A stretch of DNA of 64,000 nucleotides from positions 3,906,001-3,970,000 of the forward strand of contig JBHGNT010000009.1 of the NCBI GenBank assembly GCA_043228905.1. Direction: 5' to 3'. The position numbers and the translations under genes are program-made. Shown here one piece after another: positions 61,421 through 64,000 of the stretch (within the stretch, counting starts at the first letter, position 1; every line of letters begins with the position of its first letter). Below the pieces are notes generated by a model. It worked only from the letters and a program-made list of their open reading frames with translations, did no database searches and was not told the origin of the DNA. This DNA is from Azolla caroliniana. Its lineage: Eukaryota > Plantae > Polypodiophyta.

Positions 61421-64000
61421 TCATCCCTTTTATTCCCAACATCGAGAAAGAGATAAATTAGTTTGTTTTAGAACATCAACAAAAAACAACAATAAAATTA
61501 CTTCAGAACACCATACCTCTTTATGAATTCGCTGAGCAAATGTTTGAGCTACTAACAATGGAAATGCAATAGTTGCATCACAATGAACCTAAAATCATGA
61601 TAGGGGCAGTCAGCAATGAATCATGTTGCATACTTTAGGTAAATAATTATAAAGGCAAAATACATCAAATGTTTTTTGGGGATACTTAAATTACACGTAA
61701 ATTTTCAAAATTTTGCCATCTGCAGCAGTCATGGTTGTGTAATAAATAGGAGTATCCTGATAGCTTACAATAATTAATTTCTGAGCCTTTACCAGAAGAC
61801 AAACTCAAAATTAGCCCACATAAAACCCCATAGAGCAGTAAACTTTGCATTACATTGAGAGAAATCTTGTACTCTGTTAAATGTCAAAAATATTTTAATG
61901 GAATTTTTTATATCCCTCCCTCCCCAAAATAATAAACCAAACACATACCTTCACAGGACTTGCACTACCATGGATTTTGCCCCATGAAATAGCTTCATCT
62001 GGCTGAGCTCCTGAATCACTACCGTCAAACTCTTGACCAGTATTGATGAACACAGCATAATCGGCACCATTTCTCATCATATTAGCATTACAAATATGGT
62101 GCTTTGGAAGACCCCCTCCTAAAACAATCATACCAGTTTTCCGAGGAGCTGCATGAACAGCCTCTCCATTTATGGCTCTTATATCTTGGAATGCACAAAA
62201 CAAAATGAAGAAAATAAGCAAGCATTTTGGTGTTTTAACAGTAAACATTTTTATAAGTTGATGACCAAGCATTATAATAGTATGATGAGGAAGCATTTTG
62301 ATAAGTTGATAGCACAACAGTTTTATGCTCTGAGTAAACATTTTGATTATTTGATCAGTAACGTTTAGATGATTTCATTAGTAGCAAAGCAATATTTATT
62401 ATCAATCAAACACACCTTGAATGATGTCGAGTACAAGTCCTGGATTCTTGAAAGAGTGGAAATAAAGCATGTCTCCAAGGGAACCATCTGTCAAAGCAGG
62501 GCAAAATACAGGTATGCCATGCTGTAAAAAAGGACAAATTATTGGTATTATTACCTTCTAGATCTACCTCTATCATCTTTTCATGAAAATGAGAATATGA
62601 CTATTTATGTCGACACAATTCTAATGAGAAGATGACCATTCAGAATTATGTCGAACAAAAAGAATCAAAGAAATAGTAACTAGCATTGATCACAGATTCA
62701 CATAAAATATCCTTTAGCGTCTATGTAAAACCACCATTGCTCGTGGTACACTTTATATTGAATTTTGAAAGTCAAATATCTTATATCAGAGAATAATCCA
62801 ACCTTTTGAGCCCAAAAAATATATGAGCTTGGATTATTTATTTCTTTCCCCAACCTTGCAATCAGTTTGGAAGGTGTCCACAAAATTTCCTAAAAACATA
62901 AAAACAAAAGCAAATACTTAAAGAATTATCACAAGAAAACTCCAGTGGGTTGCTGAATGCATTCACAGTTCACATGATTTTAAGCAGTTTAAAACTCCTA
63001 TTTCCATTACAACCGATAATTCATACTTTTACGCTAGTGCAGTGCCACGGAACATTCAACACCTTCCAAAACTATAGTTTTTTGAGTCTCTTATGTGAAA
63101 TAATACAAAACCAAAGAATGCAATGCAAATAAGACCCATATCCAAGAAGACATAATAAAGACCTGCTGCTTTTGTTCAAGGAGGATTTGATCGAGGATGG
63201 GCAAGATCCACTCTTCGAATTTGCAATAATTCTCATTTGGAACCAATAGATTTCCTATGCGATTCAAGCCCTTTGATCGTAATTGGGACCCTGGCAAGTT
63301 AAATTTCCCAATGTATGAAGGAGCCAAGCACTTGATTAGGTCTTCCTCGATACCTCCGGCTGTGGTAACGATTACATCGACCTAAAAACTTCAAAAAATG
63401 CCACCATATGTCACTAGATAATGAGGTAAAACCCGAAGATAGACAATCAATATATATTGTTAAGTTGAGAAACTAGTGCCTTACCATCTTATGCTCGGCA
63501 AGAAACCGAATGGTTTCACGAACTCCTGATGAGATAATGTTTGATGTGAAACCTAGGAATACCTTGCATTTGACATTCTCTCTAAATGCAGGATCCTTCT
63601 GTTCTTCAGAGCAATCATCTTCCAGTGGTTCATGAGCTAGTCTCCAATCAAGCTGAATATGCATGCAAAGACTCAAAACAAGTTCAGATCAGAACTGAAG
63701 AATCTGTAAAATGCCAAAAATTAATTAATATGCTCTAACTATTTTATAGGTGTAAGCTACAATAATGACAGCAAAGAATATAGAAGGATGTTCTGACCGT
63801 TATATTACCAAACACTAGACCACTTGCTTATCAAAAACCAACTATATTCTTATCAAATACCAATTAGTTGATCATGAAAAACCAATCATTTGCTATTAAA
63901 TACCCAGCCACTAGATAAATATTATCAGATACCAGCCAATTGATTAAGAATAAGCACAATGTCATTATAAAATACCAACCATTTCATTACCAGATATCAA
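61421..64000 (-). CDS. DHS: Deoxyhypusine synthase, partial (5' exons lie beyond the window)
   Basis: Exons 63652-63485, 63381-63163, 62889-62803, 62521-62416, 62184-61949, 61588-61517 and a tentative GGA-TGA at 61426-61421. Motifs [82 protein letters not shown]. Confidence 0.93.

Noticed and set aside
63960-64000. Possible DHS exon end (..GGT AAT GAA ATG|GTTGGT) at the window edge
   Set aside because: NEM fits the expected junction, but the preceding residues do not and the motif is part of the local intron repeat. It cannot be resolved without upstream sequence.

Overview
Eukaryotic, AT-rich (roughly 35% GC by eye), microsatellite-rich land-plant nuclear DNA. A non-flowering lineage such as a fern is plausible, inferred only from residues in a plastid psaB insertion, so the taxon is not established. 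Seven genes can be assembled by hand from GT-AG exons: a PCF11/PCFS4 cleavage-polyadenylation factor (+), a STOP1-like C2H2 transcription factor (+), a NIPA-type Mg transporter (+), a RING-H2 E3 ligase (+), cytosolic NAD-glycerol-3-phosphate dehydrogenase (+), a 12-exon subtilase (-) and the 3' part of deoxyhypusine synthase (-). Non-genic features are two copies of a foldback Mutator-type MITE with 9-bp TSDs (one next to its own empty site), two short TSD-flanked retroposon insertions sharing a 3' hairpin, a further LINE ORF2 remnant, a psaB NUPT and many tandem repeats. About 48.2-61.4 kb has no recognisable gene. The most unusual pattern is that several introns are filled by their own degenerate minisatellite. 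In two cases the unit carries RNA-processing signals: 5' splice-site plus poly(A)-like motifs in PCF11 intron 1, and eight tandem acceptor/donor (TTTAG|GTCAG) motifs in subtilase intron 6. Functional readings of these are hypotheses; no new multi-gene system is demonstrated. All coordinates were read by hand.
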